From: Candidatus Kapaibacterium sp.
Lineage (GTDB): Bacteria; Bacteroidota; Ignavibacteria; Kapaibacteriales; UBA2268
Direction of reading: 5' to 3'
NCBI GenBank assembly: GCA_963665665.1
Contig: OY762428.1
Location: forward strand, 1,952,001 to 2,016,000
DNA: 64,000 nt
Under the pieces are notes generated by a model. The model did not search any database and was not told where the DNA came from. It was given only the letters and a program-made list of their open reading frames with translations. The number at the start of each line of letters is the position of its first letter. Position 1 is the first letter of the stretch. Positions 31,220-42,243 of the stretch are shown here, one piece after another. The position numbers and the translations under genes were made by a program.

Positions 31220-31840
31220 ATGAAAAAGACAATATTTTTAATATTTGCAGTATTAGTGCTTTCGTTTAGTTTAAGCCAAAATGCTGAAGCAGGTTGTTCT
31301 CCTGGATGGGATGAGTATTCAGTATCCGGAACATATTACCACAATGGTACATTGTGCAATTATACTGCTTATTACTGCGTTTTTGTCGATGCTATGGGAA
31401 TGATAAATTCTTATATTGACAGGATTTCTATTGATTACGCATGTATTGATGTTTTTACGGAAGATGGATTTTGGATGAATGTTGAGAATGAAGTTATAAA
31501 TCACTTAATAGAAAATGGTAGTTTCTCTCAATGCCCATTGTCTTCATACAATGTATCAATAAAAAGAAGTCAATGTTGGAAAGTAATAAATATACCCTGC
31601 CAAGGAATCTACGAAATTGTAAATTGCGGTTATGTTGGTGCATGCCAGTATCTATATAAAGTATGTACTGACTATACCCAAAATCCACCGGAAAATCAGT
31701 GGGAAATTGTTTCCAGACAAGCGATCGGAACAGCTGATTGTAACGATCAGGGATTGCCGGACTTACCCCCAGACGGAAAAACAAAAGAAGATGAATGGGA
31801 AACAGATTGTTTTCTGATTGGATGTTTTAATTGTAATTAA
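31220..31840 (+). CDS. Secreted cysteine-rich protein (14 Cys), unknown function
   Basis: Sec signal MKKTIFLIFAVLVLSFSLSQNAEA; no T9SS CTD; signal peptide shared with 51608-52252. Confidence 0.8.
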   Translation: MKKTIFLIFAVLVLSFSLSQNAEAGCSPGWDEYSVSGTYYHNGTLCNYTAYYCVFVDAMGMINSYIDRISIDYACIDVFTEDGFWMNVENEVINHLIENGSFSQCPLSSYNVSIKRSQCWKVINIPCQGIYEIVNCGYVGACQYLYKVCTDYTQNPPENQWEIVSRQAIGTADCNDQGLPDLPPDGKTKEDEWETDCFLIGCFNCN

Positions 31841-31846
31841 TTATTA

Positions 31847-31874
31847 TGCTTCCTTGGCTTATGTCAAGGAAGCA
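31847..31874 (+). other. Intergenic hairpin without a strong U-tract
   Basis: tgcttccttggc-ttat-gtcaaggaagca. Confidence 0.6.
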
Positions 31875-31896
31875 ATTTTATTGAAAAGGTGATTTT

Positions 31897-34119
31897 ATGT
31901 TGAAATATTTATTATTTATTTTTTTTCCGATAATTGCTTTCTCTAACGAACTAAATTTCGACTATAAAAGATTGACCATTGATTATTCGGGAATTGCTTC
32001 CAATGACAAAGCGGCTTTATTCTATGGCAATGCAGACTTTATAACGAAGTTTGTATTTGCAGATAATGAATGGGAAAATATTTATTTGAATACAGGAATA
32101 GATAGAATTTCAAGTATCAGAAACGACGATGAAGGTTTTTTCGGCGTGTTTAACAAACAAAATGTTTTTCGGCTTGACTCCGATGGCTGTTTAGTAGAAA
32201 TACAGGAAATTACAGGCGATTCCTTGCTTGTATTGAAAGATATACAAAAGTTTGAAAATAATTATTATATACTAAGCGATAAAAAAATCATCGTCTTAAA
32301 TTCAGATCTTCATTTTGAAAATGAAATAACGTTTAACGGGAATATTGGTGTCACTGAGTTTATAATATTTAACAACCAGTTGATTGTAGGCACCGAAAAT
32401 GCCCGGCTGATATTATACAATCTTCCATCCCTAAATGATAATAATATTCTTAATCTTTATGAATTAGGGCTTTGCGATCCGGATGTCAAAATCAGCAGTT
32501 TTAAAAAATCATCAGGCCTTTTTTATTTTATTGACGGAACTAAAATATACTCTACTGAAGATTTTTCTGATTTTATTGCCCACGAAACAAAAAATCTATT
32601 CTACGAAGTTTGCGACGGAAATATTTTTACAATGGCTATCGGAGGAAACAGATTAAACAGGTTGCTTTTTTATGGTTATACCGAACAAGGGCCGTATTCC
32701 ATAAGCACTGGTATTTTAGACAGATATACAGGTATGCTCTATACGGTTTGTTTCAATTTTATTGATAAAAGTCAATTATTTGTTGTTGGTAATGACAATT
32801 TTATTTCTCGTTCAACAGACGGGGGAATACATTGGGAAGTACAATCCTATTATACCTTGGGAAACTTTAGTTTTTCTTTAAACGATAAATTTGCTTTCCA
32901 GATAGAAAAAAATGCGCTTTTTTTTAAAACAACCAACGGCGGAATTACCTGGCTGACCCAACTTGCGAATAGCTATTCATTTGATAATTTCAACGGAGAT
33001 TACGCTTATCACTTTTCTGAAGACGGCAGGGGTGTAATTTTCAGGTCTCATACCCAGGGCAGCAGCCCCCAGGCTTTAATAACAACAGACAGCGGCAATA
33101 CTTATAAAGCAGTTAGAATTGATTCGATTAGATCTTACGGATTTATCGGTAGTTCAGCGCCATTAATCAGAAATAATAGCGAGTATGAACTGTTTTACCC
33201 TGCGATGTTTGGAACAACATATAAATATACTCTGCATTTTACGCTTGATTTGGATCTAAATTGCAAAAGGAAGGAACTTCTTGATTCTATTCAGATATTT
33301 CAAATTTTGAAACGTAAACAAGGCTGGATTGCCCTGTCGCAAAATTATAAAAGCTCCTCCGGAGAAAATAATGTTTACCAATTGCTATGGGCGGAGAAAC
33401 TCGGAATTGATTGGGAGGTTCTTGCAACGATGAATGTTAAAGATACAATTTTACAGGGAATGACAATCATTGACGACAACGCATATCTTAACGGAATTGT
33501 TTGGGATGAACCGGAAGATATAAATATTTATAAAATTTGTTATATAGTTAATCTGAATTCCTACGAATATAAATTGATAAGAAGTGATAATCGAGGATAT
33601 TATAATAGTTTCATCAAATTAAATGATAATATCGTTACCGGAATAAAAGAAGGTTTTTTATATAACGATGATATAAATAATAATCCATATAAATGGGAAG
33701 TTGATTCAATTCCTGATTGTTCTATTACGTGGCTATCAACTTTATTTCAAAATCAATGTTTTGCAATAACAGCCGGAGCCCTTAAAAAATTCACATTCTA
33801 CGAAGATACACCAGTAGAAGAACCAGGGGCAGAAGTAATAAAAATGTACAACTATCCTCCATATCCACAACCTGCAAACAACCATGTTAGTACGGAAATA
33901 TACTGGGATAGCAGGTACGATATGCAAAACGCCGCAATAACAGTACACGACTACACGGGCAAAACAATCAGCAAACCCGGCGAGATAAGCGTAAACAAGA
34001 TGAATGTATATCACGGCGAAATAATCTGGGACTGCTCCTCAGTCTCATCAGGAGTGTATTTTATTAATATCCGTCTTGGCGGCACAACAAGGACTGTGCC
34101 GGTTGTTGTGGGAAGGTAG
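31897..34119 (+). CDS. BNR/Asp-box beta-propeller protein with T9SS CTD
   Basis: Signal peptide; RSTDGGIHW, KTTNGGITW and TTDSGNTY motifs; CTD PPYPQPA...SSGVYFINI. Confidence 0.8.
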   Translation: MLKYLLFIFFPIIAFSNELNFDYKRLTIDYSGIASNDKAALFYGNADFITKFVFADNEWENIYLNTGIDRISSIRNDDEGFFGVFNKQNVFRLDSDGCLVEIQEITGDSLLVLKDIQKFENNYYILSDKKIIVLNSDLHFENEITFNGNIGVTEFIIFNNQLIVGTENARLILYNLPSLNDNNILNLYELGLCDPDVKISSFKKSSGLFYFIDGTKIYSTEDFSDFIAHETKNLFYEVCDGNIFTMAIGGNRLNRLLFYGYTEQGPYSISTGILDRYTGMLYTVCFNFIDKSQLFVVGNDNFISRSTDGGIHWEVQSYYTLGNFSFSLNDKFAFQIEKNALFFKTTNGGITWLTQLANSYSFDNFNGDYAYHFSEDGRGVIFRSHTQGSSPQALITTDSGNTYKAVRIDSIRSYGFIGSSAPLIRNNSEYELFYPAMFGTTYKYTLHFTLDLDLNCKRKELLDSIQIFQILKRKQGWIALSQNYKSSSGENNVYQLLWAEKLGIDWEVLATMNVKDTILQGMTIIDDNAYLNGIVWDEPEDINIYKICYIVNLNSYEYKLIRSDNRGYYNSFIKLNDNIVTGIKEGFLYNDDINNNPYKWEVDSIPDCSITWLSTLFQNQCFAITAGALKKFTFYEDTPVEEPGAEVIKMYNYPPYPQPANNHVSTEIYWDSRYDMQNAAITVHDYTGKTISKPGEISVNKMNVYHGEIIWDCSSVSSGVYFINIRLGGTTRTVPVVVGR

Positions 34120-34157
34120 TTGCTTTAATGGGAATTATAATTGTTTATAAAATTAAC

Positions 34158-34184
34158 AAAAAAGGCGGGTAATACCCGCCTTTC
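34158..34184. terminator. Terminator between the convergent T9SS gene and ugd
   Basis: aaaaaaggcgggt-aat-acccgcctttc. Confidence 0.75.
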
Positions 34185-34205
34185 AGAACAATATATTTAT
34201 CGTTA

Positions 34206-35549
34206 TTATTTTTTTACATTTACTGCCCTGCGTCCAATACAGTAGTATTCAAATCCGAGTTCTTCCATGTCATCGGGTTCGTACAGGTTGCGGCCGTCAA
34301 AGATAAGATTTTCTTTAAGCAGTTCTTTCAGCTTATTAAAATCCGGATTGCGGAATACATTCCATTCCGTTGCTATCACAAGGAAATCGGCTCCGTCTAT
34401 ACATTCATACATGTTTCCGGCATAAGAAATTTTATCACCAAACCTCAGCCTTGTGTTATCAGCAGCTTCCTGGTCGTAGGCAATTACGTTTGCACCTGCT
34501 TCAAGAAATTTATCAATAAGTACAAATGCCGGGGCTTCGCGGGTATCATCAGTATTTGGTTTGAATGCCAGGCCCCATAAAGCGATCTTTTTATCCTTCA
34601 GGTCTCCGTTGAAACGATTATTAATTTTATCAAAGAAACGAAGGATCTGCAAATCATTCACCTCGTGAGCAGCCTGAACGATTTTTACAGGATGGCCTAC
34701 GGACTCGGTGGAATGAATAAGCGCCCTGACATCTTTAGGGAAACAGGAGCCTCCGTAGCCAATGCCTGCAAAGAGAAAACGTTTTCCAATTCTTGAGTCA
34801 GAACCAATACCGCGACGTACCATTTCAATATCTGCTCCAACTTCCTCGCAATATCTTGATAAATCGTTCATAAACGAAATTTTTACTGATAGGAAGGAAT
34901 TTGCAGCATATTTGGTTATCTCGGCACTGTACTCATCCATGATATGGATTGGATTACCGCTTCTTACGAAGGGGGCATACAGGTCGCGCATGATTTCTTT
35001 TACATACTCGCTTTTTGTACCTACAACCACACGTTCCGGTTTCATCGAATCTTCAATAGCAAAGCCTTCCCTCAGGAATTCCGGGTTGCTGACAACCTCA
35101 ATAGGTTTTCCGGGGATAACTTCATCGAAAATTGCCCTTACTTTGTCTGCTGTTCCAACCGGAACCGTACTTTTATTTACAACAATTTTTTTGTCATTTA
35201 TGTCGTTCTCTTTAATAATCTCGCCGATCTGCCTTGCAACATTCATAACATGATGAAGGTCTGCCGAGCCGTCTTCATTTGGCGGTGTAGGCAGGCACAG
35301 GAAGATCAACTGTGATGATTTAACGGCATCCTCAAGCTGTGTTGAGAAGTGCATTCTTTCTTCGGCAATATTATTTTTCAGTAGCCTTTCAAGGCCCGGC
35401 TCAAAGATCGGGGGAATACCCTGACGGAGTTTCTGTACTTTTTCTTCAACGATATCAATGCAGGTTACATTGTTACCAGTTTCGGCAAAACAAGTACCCG
35501 TTACCAGCCCTACGTATCCTGTTCCGATAATTCCAATATCATAAGCCAT
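34206..35549 (-). CDS. ugd: UDP-glucose/GDP-mannose 6-dehydrogenase
   Basis: GTGYVGL, KSTVPVGT, SNPEFLREG, GYGGSCFPKD and GLAFKPNTDD motifs. Confidence 0.95.
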   Translation of the reverse strand: MAYDIGIIGTGYVGLVTGTCFAETGNNVTCIDIVEEKVQKLRQGIPPIFEPGLERLLKNNIAEERMHFSTQLEDAVKSSQLIFLCLPTPPNEDGSADLHHVMNVARQIGEIIKENDINDKKIVVNKSTVPVGTADKVRAIFDEVIPGKPIEVVSNPEFLREGFAIEDSMKPERVVVGTKSEYVKEIMRDLYAPFVRSGNPIHIMDEYSAEITKYAANSFLSVKISFMNDLSRYCEEVGADIEMVRRGIGSDSRIGKRFLFAGIGYGGSCFPKDVRALIHSTESVGHPVKIVQAAHEVNDLQILRFFDKINNRFNGDLKDKKIALWGLAFKPNTDDTREAPAFVLIDKFLEAGANVIAYDQEAADNTRLRFGDKISYAGNMYECIDGADFLVIATEWNVFRNPDFNKLKELLKENLIFDGRNLYEPDDMEELGFEYYCIGRRAVNVKK

Positions 35550-35690
35550 TGAAAATCCTTTATTTTGATAGTCAAAAAAACTACAGTACCAAAATTAGTA
35601 AATTTTATTGATATGAAAGGAAAAAAAATAAAAAAACCTTTCGAAGTTATGAAGCGACGAAAGGTTGGGTAAAAAATATCAATAATTCAA

Positions 35691-37415
35691 TTATCTTAGT
35701 TTTCTGCGATATTTATTCTTTTTGGATTTTTTTCTTTTTCCGTATCCCGATTCTTCTTCGTTATCGTCATTTGCAACAGGTTCCACAAGCAGCATCTCGC
35801 CATTGTATGAAGCCTGCTGGAATGCATCAACAACATCCGATTTATATCGGCTGTCAATCTCGAAAAAGGAAAATTTCTTCATCAGGGATATTTTGCCAAT
35901 CATTGCACGGCTGTTGCCAAGCCCTTCGTTAATTATACCCATGATCTTCTGAGCAGACATGCGGTGGCGCAGCCCCAGGTTGATATAGAATTTGGCAAAA
36001 TCTGTTTCCCTCCTCTGTCCTTTTGATTTTTTTCCATCACGGCGGTCGTTCCTGTCATTTCTGTCCCTTCGGCCTTTTCTGTCCCGATCGGGATTATAAT
36101 TCAGGTCGCGTGAGCCTTTATAATAAGACAGGTAGCGGTCGAATTCCATCCATACAAATTTCTTGATAAATTCCTCGCGACTCATATTTTCAGTTTTTGC
36201 ATAAATGTCATCGAGAAATGGCTTAATCTGTTCTTCATCTACATCCACCTGATCCAGCCTGTCAATAAGATTGAAAAGTCTTTTCTCGCAAACTGCTCTT
36301 CCCCCGGGAACTTCCTTTTTCTCGAATTTTTTACCAATTTTCTTTTCCAGGCTTCTAATTTTACTTTGAGCGCGGGAGTGTACAATCGAAATAGATATCC
36401 CGCTTTTGCCTGCACGGCCTGTTCTGCCACTGCGATGTATATAAACTTCCTGCTCCTCGGGGAGTTTGAAGTTTATAATATGGCTCAGGTCATTTACATC
36501 AAGGCCCCTGGCAGCTACATCAGTAGCAACAAGAAACTGCAGGTGGCGATCGCGGAAGCGGTTCATTACTATATCACGTTGTGCCTGGGACAAATCTCCG
36601 TGAAGGGCATCTGCATTATATCCGTCCTGAATGAGCTTATCAGCGATTTCCTTGGTTTCGCGGCGCGTCCGGCAAAACACGATACCATAAATATCAGGAT
36701 TTATATCGGCAATACGTTTCAGGGCTTCGTACCTGTCTTCCGCCCTGACCATATAATATTCATGCTGAACATTTTTTGCACCAGTATTTTTCTTCCCGAC
36801 GGTTATTTCGTATGGATTGGTCATATATTTCTTTACAATCCCTTTAATTTCTGCGGGCATGGTAGCCGAGAAGAGCATGGTCTGTTTGTCATCCGGCATG
36901 GATTTAAGAATGCCGTCAAGTTCTTCCTTGAACCCCATGGTGAATATTTCGTCAGCCTCGTCGATAACCAGGAATTTTATCTCTGTAATATTAAGTTTTT
37001 TTCTTTTTATCAGGTCAAGGGCCCTGCCAGGAGTACAGGCAACAATCTGTGCGCCCTTGTGTAACTTGTTTATTTGTGTTTCAATTTTAGCTCCGCCGTA
37101 AACAGCTACTGTTCTAATCCCGTCAAGATATTTTGAATAACTGTCAATATCTTTTGTTATCTGCATGCAAAGTTCTCTTGTAGGGCAAATTACAATACCC
37201 TGTGGGATTTTTGAACTGAAATCCACCTGCTGTATCATGGGCAGCCCGTAAGCTGCTGTTTTACCCGTACCTGTTTGTGCCAGGGCTATCATATCCCTAT
37301 TGGAGGCAAGAAGTTCCGGAATGGCTTTTTCCTGTATCGGAGTGGGTGTTTCAAATCCCAAATCACTTATCGCCTTTATTATTTCTTCATCAAGTCCAAT
37401 TTCTTCAAATGTCAT
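35691..37415 (-). CDS. DEAD-box RNA helicase with DbpA-type C-terminal domain (DeaD/CsdA-like)
   Basis: AQTGTGKT, PTREL, DEAD, SAT and HRSGRTGRAG motifs. Confidence 0.95.
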   Translation of the reverse strand: MTFEEIGLDEEIIKAISDLGFETPTPIQEKAIPELLASNRDMIALAQTGTGKTAAYGLPMIQQVDFSSKIPQGIVICPTRELCMQITKDIDSYSKYLDGIRTVAVYGGAKIETQINKLHKGAQIVACTPGRALDLIKRKKLNITEIKFLVIDEADEIFTMGFKEELDGILKSMPDDKQTMLFSATMPAEIKGIVKKYMTNPYEITVGKKNTGAKNVQHEYYMVRAEDRYEALKRIADINPDIYGIVFCRTRRETKEIADKLIQDGYNADALHGDLSQAQRDIVMNRFRDRHLQFLVATDVAARGLDVNDLSHIINFKLPEEQEVYIHRSGRTGRAGKSGISISIVHSRAQSKIRSLEKKIGKKFEKKEVPGGRAVCEKRLFNLIDRLDQVDVDEEQIKPFLDDIYAKTENMSREEFIKKFVWMEFDRYLSYYKGSRDLNYNPDRDRKGRRDRNDRNDRRDGKKSKGQRRETDFAKFYINLGLRHRMSAQKIMGIINEGLGNSRAMIGKISLMKKFSFFEIDSRYKSDVVDAFQQASYNGEMLLVEPVANDDNEEESGYGKRKKSKKNKYRRKLR

Positions 37416-37744
37416 TTTATATCAATCCTGTTGTTTCGTAAAGCCAATCCGAAAAGTATCGGCAAAATAATTGTTATTCTTATACTTACAAAGATAAGCA
37501 AATTAATTGAGAATCAGCATAAAGAATTATTTTTGCATTTTATCAATTTCTAAGTAAATTTACTGAAATTACAAATAATTAATACTTTTATGAAACTTTG
37601 TTTTTTTTTCACGTTATAAATAAGTATAATATATGATAGCAGAAGCAGATTCTGCTTTTTAGTGTTTTAAATTATTTAGCGGCAATATCGTCTTAACAGG
37701 AAATTAATTTAAATAGTTTATAAATTAAAGAGGTTCGCAAAATT

Positions 37745-39856
37745 ATGAGTTTCAGGACATTAAAATATTCCGGGGCCCTATTATTAATTATCAGTTCGAT
37801 GTTCTTCTGTTCCAATTCCCCTATGAACGAACTGAAGAAAACCGATGCTATAAAAAATCTAATGATGAGAAATATCAGCCAGGGACATTACAGTACATTA
37901 AATCTGAACGACAGCCTGTCTTCAAAAATATTTGATGAATATATCCGCCGCCTGGATTATGGAAAGCGTTTTCTCCTTCAATCAGATGTTGACCAATTGG
38001 AGAAATACAGGTTTAAAATTGACGACCAACTTAAAAAAGATCCGGTAACAATTTACCAGGAAGCTTCGGAAATAATCAATAAAAGAATAAAAGAAGCTGA
38101 GAAATATTATCTTGATATTATTGATAAGCCCTTCGATTTCACTAAAGAAGAAGTGATACAACTTGATCCGGAAGAACTTACTTTTGCCAAAACAACTGAC
38201 GAGCTTAAAGACTACTGGAGGAAATCACTTAAGTATGATATCATGAACAGAATAGTTGATAAATTAAAAATGCAGGAAGATGCAAAAGAGAAAAATGATA
38301 CAACCGTAAAGCAACTTCCTTATGATTCTGTTTATGCCCAGTCAGTTGAAAAAATTCGCAAGCGCTACCACGACTGGTTCCACAGGATGTACAAAATTGA
38401 AGAAAATGACCGTCGGAATAATTTTTTCAATACTGTAGCAAACGTGATTGACCCCCACACGGGATATTTTCCGCCAAAGGACAAAGAAGATTTTGATATT
38501 AAGATGTCCGGTAAGCTTGAAGGTATAGGGGCATTACTTTCACAGAGTGACGAATACATAAAAGTGGAAAGAATTGTTCCCGGCAGCCCTTCCTACAAGC
38601 AGGGCGAGCTTGAAGCAGGGGATATTATTATGGCCGTTGCCCAGGCTGAAGAAGAACCTGTTGACGTGGTTGATATGAGGCTGGATAAAGCTGTTAGGCT
38701 TATTCGCGGCCCCAAGGGATCTGAAGTAAGGCTGACAGTTAAGAAAATTGACGGCGCTATAAAGATAATCCCGATAATCAGGGATGTTGTTTACCAGGAA
38801 GAAACTTTTGCCAAATCAGCAATTATTGAAGAAGATAACGGAGCTAAAGTCGGCGTTATCAAACTTCCTTCTTTTTATATTGATATGAAAGACCCGCGTG
38901 GCAAAAATTGCTCGAAAGATATGAAAGAAGAAATTCGCAAGCTGAAAGAAGAAAATGTTGACGGAATTATTGTTGACCTGCGTAACAACGGTGGCGGTTC
39001 GCTTCAGTATGCTGTGGAGATTGCAGGCCTCTTCTTTGATAAAGGGCCGGTTGTTCAGGTTCATTCACGCTATGGCCAGCCTTACATTTTCCAGGATCGC
39101 GATCCTTCGGTACAGTATGGCGGCCCGCTGATAGTACTTGTAAACAATTTTAGCGCTTCGGCTTCCGAAATTTTTGCAGCTGCTATGCAGGACTACGGCA
39201 GGGCAATGATAATGGGTACTAAATCCTCTTATGGAAAAGGTACTGTTCAGCGTTTCTTCGATCTGGACGAAAGGCTTCCGAAGATGCTGGATGATGTGAA
39301 ACCGCTTGGTTCGATTAAAATGACTATTCAGAAATTTTACAGGATCAATGGCGATGCCACTCAGCTTAAAGGCGTAATTCCGGATATTATTATGCCTGAT
39401 TACTACAAATATATTGATATTGGCGAGGCCGAATATGACTTTGCTATGCCCTGGGATGAAATACAGCCCTCACAGTATAAACCCCTGAACAGCATTGCGG
39501 ATAAAGATGAAATTATTAAAAATGCTTATGCCAGGATTGAAAAAGATACATTGTTCCGCCTAATTGATGAAAATGCAAAAAGGCTGAAAGAACTTCGCGA
39601 GGACAGAGACTATACGCTGAATATGGAAAATTTCAGAAAATTTAAGGAAGAACGCGAGGAAAGCGGCAAAAAATTCAAGCGCATTGGCAAAGATTCACTC
39701 GGCTTGATTTGCAACGCCCTTGAAGCTGATATTCCTGAGCTTGAAGCCGATTCAACCAAGCTGGCAAGCGCTAAGGAATGGAGAAAATCTCTTGTAAAAG
39801 ATATATATCTTTACGAGGCTTACAACGTTATGCAGGATATGATAAAAAATCCCTGA
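37745..39856 (+). CDS. prc: Carboxy-terminal processing (tail-specific) protease
   Basis: DPHTGYF, PDZ GIGALL, DLRNNGGGSL, SASASEIFAAAMQDY and GKGTVQ motifs. Confidence 0.93.
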   Translation: MSFRTLKYSGALLLIISSMFFCSNSPMNELKKTDAIKNLMMRNISQGHYSTLNLNDSLSSKIFDEYIRRLDYGKRFLLQSDVDQLEKYRFKIDDQLKKDPVTIYQEASEIINKRIKEAEKYYLDIIDKPFDFTKEEVIQLDPEELTFAKTTDELKDYWRKSLKYDIMNRIVDKLKMQEDAKEKNDTTVKQLPYDSVYAQSVEKIRKRYHDWFHRMYKIEENDRRNNFFNTVANVIDPHTGYFPPKDKEDFDIKMSGKLEGIGALLSQSDEYIKVERIVPGSPSYKQGELEAGDIIMAVAQAEEEPVDVVDMRLDKAVRLIRGPKGSEVRLTVKKIDGAIKIIPIIRDVVYQEETFAKSAIIEEDNGAKVGVIKLPSFYIDMKDPRGKNCSKDMKEEIRKLKEENVDGIIVDLRNNGGGSLQYAVEIAGLFFDKGPVVQVHSRYGQPYIFQDRDPSVQYGGPLIVLVNNFSASASEIFAAAMQDYGRAMIMGTKSSYGKGTVQRFFDLDERLPKMLDDVKPLGSIKMTIQKFYRINGDATQLKGVIPDIIMPDYYKYIDIGEAEYDFAMPWDEIQPSQYKPLNSIADKDEIIKNAYARIEKDTLFRLIDENAKRLKELREDRDYTLNMENFRKFKEEREESGKKFKRIGKDSLGLICNALEADIPELEADSTKLASAKEWRKSLVKDIYLYEAYNVMQDMIKNP

Positions 39857-39875
39857 TAATCACTATTGTTAAAAC

Positions 39876-39910
39876 AACTCATCCGATCACTTCAAGTGGT
39901 CGGATGAGTT
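39876..39910. repeat. REP-like palindrome family A, copy 4
   Basis: aactcatccgatcactt-c-aagtggtcggatgagtt. Confidence 0.8.
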
Positions 39911-39939
39911 TTTTTTATAAACAATTCCAAAATGAATAA

Positions 39940-42174
39940 TCACCGCCCTACAACCACCGGCACAGTCCTTGTTGTACCGCCAAGGCGGATATTAATAAAA
40001 TACACTCCTGAAGAGACCGAGGAACAATCCCAGATTATTTCGCCGTGATATACATTCATTTTGTTTACGCTTATCTCTCCGGGTTTGCTGATTGTTTTGC
40101 CCGTGTAGTCGTGCACGGTTATTGTGGCGTTTTGCATATCGTACCTGGCATCCCAGTATATTTCCGTACTAACACGGTTGTTTGCAGGTTGTGGATATGG
40201 AGGATAGTTGTACATTTTTATTACTTCTGCCCCTGGTTCTTCTACTGGTGTATCTTCGTGGAATGTGAATTTTAGAAAATGTCTGTCAAGGGTATAAGCA
40301 TACATTGTATTGTCAAAAAAACCGGTTATTTTCCAAACGAAGTATCCCGGTACCGGTTCTTTCTTCCAATAATAGGGATTGTTTTCAATATCCTCGCAAT
40401 ACAAAAGGCAATTGTCACCTCCGGCTACGATGTTGTTTTCCCATTTTATTAAAAATGCTTTATATCCTGATTCGTTGTCCAATCTTATTCTTTTATATGT
40501 ATTTGTTTTTAGGTCAACTTTGAACAAAGGATGCCTGCTGTTTGTATCTTCACCCGGATACCAAACAATACCACTGAGGAAAATATTATCATCGATTATT
40601 GACATATAATTTATTATTGTATCCATCATGCTCAGATTAACAAGTGTATCCCAGGCAACACCTGGCGCATCTGCCGTAAGTATCTGATATGTGTTAGTAT
40701 CTACCCCATAGCCATCTTCATGTCTTCCGTCAAATGAAAGCGCATAATATTTGCCATTATATTTTTGTATATTAAAAAGCTTAGCTGAATCTATACATTC
40801 AGTACTTTTGCAATTCATATCTAAGTCCAATGTAAAAATAAGTGTATAATACAAAGATTTGAATCTGGAAGGATAAAACACTTTATATTCATCATTTATT
40901 CTGATAATTGGAGCATCAGAGCTAAAACCATATCCGTATATTTCATCAATACAAGTTGTATCCCATGTATCGCCGTAGTCATTTGTGTAAAATGTGGTTG
41001 GATAATTGACCTGTGAATGGCTGCCGAAAATAACACCCCTGCCATCTTCGCTGTAGAAATAAGAATATCCTAATGACCAATTCTTTAGATTATAGTTGCC
41101 TGTTTTTTGTGTTTGCCATGATACTCCTCCATTCCTTGTTTTGTAAACTTCTTCTTTTCTTTCTGTCTGGTATCCTGTATTAACATTTACCCATTGCATA
41201 CTTCCACTCGGGTTTAGGTATGATATTAATTCCCAGTTATACCCGCCGTCAGTTGATCTTAAAATTAAATTTTGGGAACCGTAAGCAAAAATCAAATTCG
41301 AATTAATAAATTCAAAACCTATTATCCTGAGCATTTCGCAATACCTGTCTAATTCCGGGTTGCTGATTTGCTCAACTATAGAATCGCTGCTACGGCAGAA
41401 TTTTACAAGGTTATAATCACTGCTGCCAAAACCTGTATATGAATGAATGGAATAAATATTATCATCATAAATATTGAATACTAATGAACCGCTATTTTTT
41501 TTGGTATAATTTTTTAGATCGTTTGTTTGATAAATTGAACTGCCAACCAAAATGTAAAGATCAGAGTTGTATTTTTTAAAACGATAAATTTTAGCAGCAG
41601 AATCCAGGTAGCCCTTTTCTACAAAATCAAATATTTTCGGCTCGTTATCAATGCCATTAACAAATGAATAAAGCGAACCGTTTGTTGTCCCGACAATCAG
41701 ATTATCGTTGAATAATTCCATTTCAGTTGGTACAATATTTTCATCTAAATAAACGGAATTTATTTTTTCAAAATCATTATCAAGAATATCAATACTGTTC
41801 TCATTAAGAATCAAGAAATTATTATCAAGTTTGATTACATCTTTAAATTTTGAAATCGCATCAAAAGATTTTGTATTCAATGGCCTACCTTCACTGTTCA
41901 ACCTAAAAACAGATTGTTCGGATATACCGTAAAAACCGCTATCTTCATTCCTGATTTTGATAATATCGGTTTCCTCGTTAATGATTTTTATCAATTCCCA
42001 GTTTTCATTATTCAAATCAGTTCTTGCAATAGAATTATTAGCCCCGTAAAAAAATATGTAATTATCATTAAAAACCAAGCCGTCGTAATGCATATCCAGC
42101 CGTTGATAATCAAATTTCAAACCGGCATTGGAAATATATACAATTATTAAGAATAGCGGTAATATCTTTTTCAT
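39940..42174 (-). CDS. BNR/Asp-box beta-propeller protein with T9SS CTD (paralog of 31897-34119)
   Basis: RSTDGGYNW and KTRNGGVSW motifs; last ~110 aa almost identical to 31897-34119; start set at ATG 42174. Confidence 0.8.
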   Translation of the reverse strand: MKKILPLFLIIVYISNAGLKFDYQRLDMHYDGLVFNDNYIFFYGANNSIARTDLNNENWELIKIINEETDIIKIRNEDSGFYGISEQSVFRLNSEGRPLNTKSFDAISKFKDVIKLDNNFLILNENSIDILDNDFEKINSVYLDENIVPTEMELFNDNLIVGTTNGSLYSFVNGIDNEPKIFDFVEKGYLDSAAKIYRFKKYNSDLYILVGSSIYQTNDLKNYTKKNSGSLVFNIYDDNIYSIHSYTGFGSSDYNLVKFCRSSDSIVEQISNPELDRYCEMLRIIGFEFINSNLIFAYGSQNLILRSTDGGYNWELISYLNPSGSMQWVNVNTGYQTERKEEVYKTRNGGVSWQTQKTGNYNLKNWSLGYSYFYSEDGRGVIFGSHSQVNYPTTFYTNDYGDTWDTTCIDEIYGYGFSSDAPIIRINDEYKVFYPSRFKSLYYTLIFTLDLDMNCKSTECIDSAKLFNIQKYNGKYYALSFDGRHEDGYGVDTNTYQILTADAPGVAWDTLVNLSMMDTIINYMSIIDDNIFLSGIVWYPGEDTNSRHPLFKVDLKTNTYKRIRLDNESGYKAFLIKWENNIVAGGDNCLLYCEDIENNPYYWKKEPVPGYFVWKITGFFDNTMYAYTLDRHFLKFTFHEDTPVEEPGAEVIKMYNYPPYPQPANNRVSTEIYWDARYDMQNATITVHDYTGKTISKPGEISVNKMNVYHGEIIWDCSSVSSGVYFINIRLGGTTRTVPVVVGR

Positions 42175-42243
42175 CTCCAATCCTTTATAATTATGGATAA
42201 TTATTTTCCCCGAATGATTAATATCTAAATCTGATTCTTTATT

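Noticed and set aside
39876-39910. Integron attC sites (AAC...GTT ends of the palindromes)
   Set aside because: Only ~35 bp, shorter than attC sites; no RYYYAAC/GTTRRRY boxes or extrahelical bases; no integrase seen.
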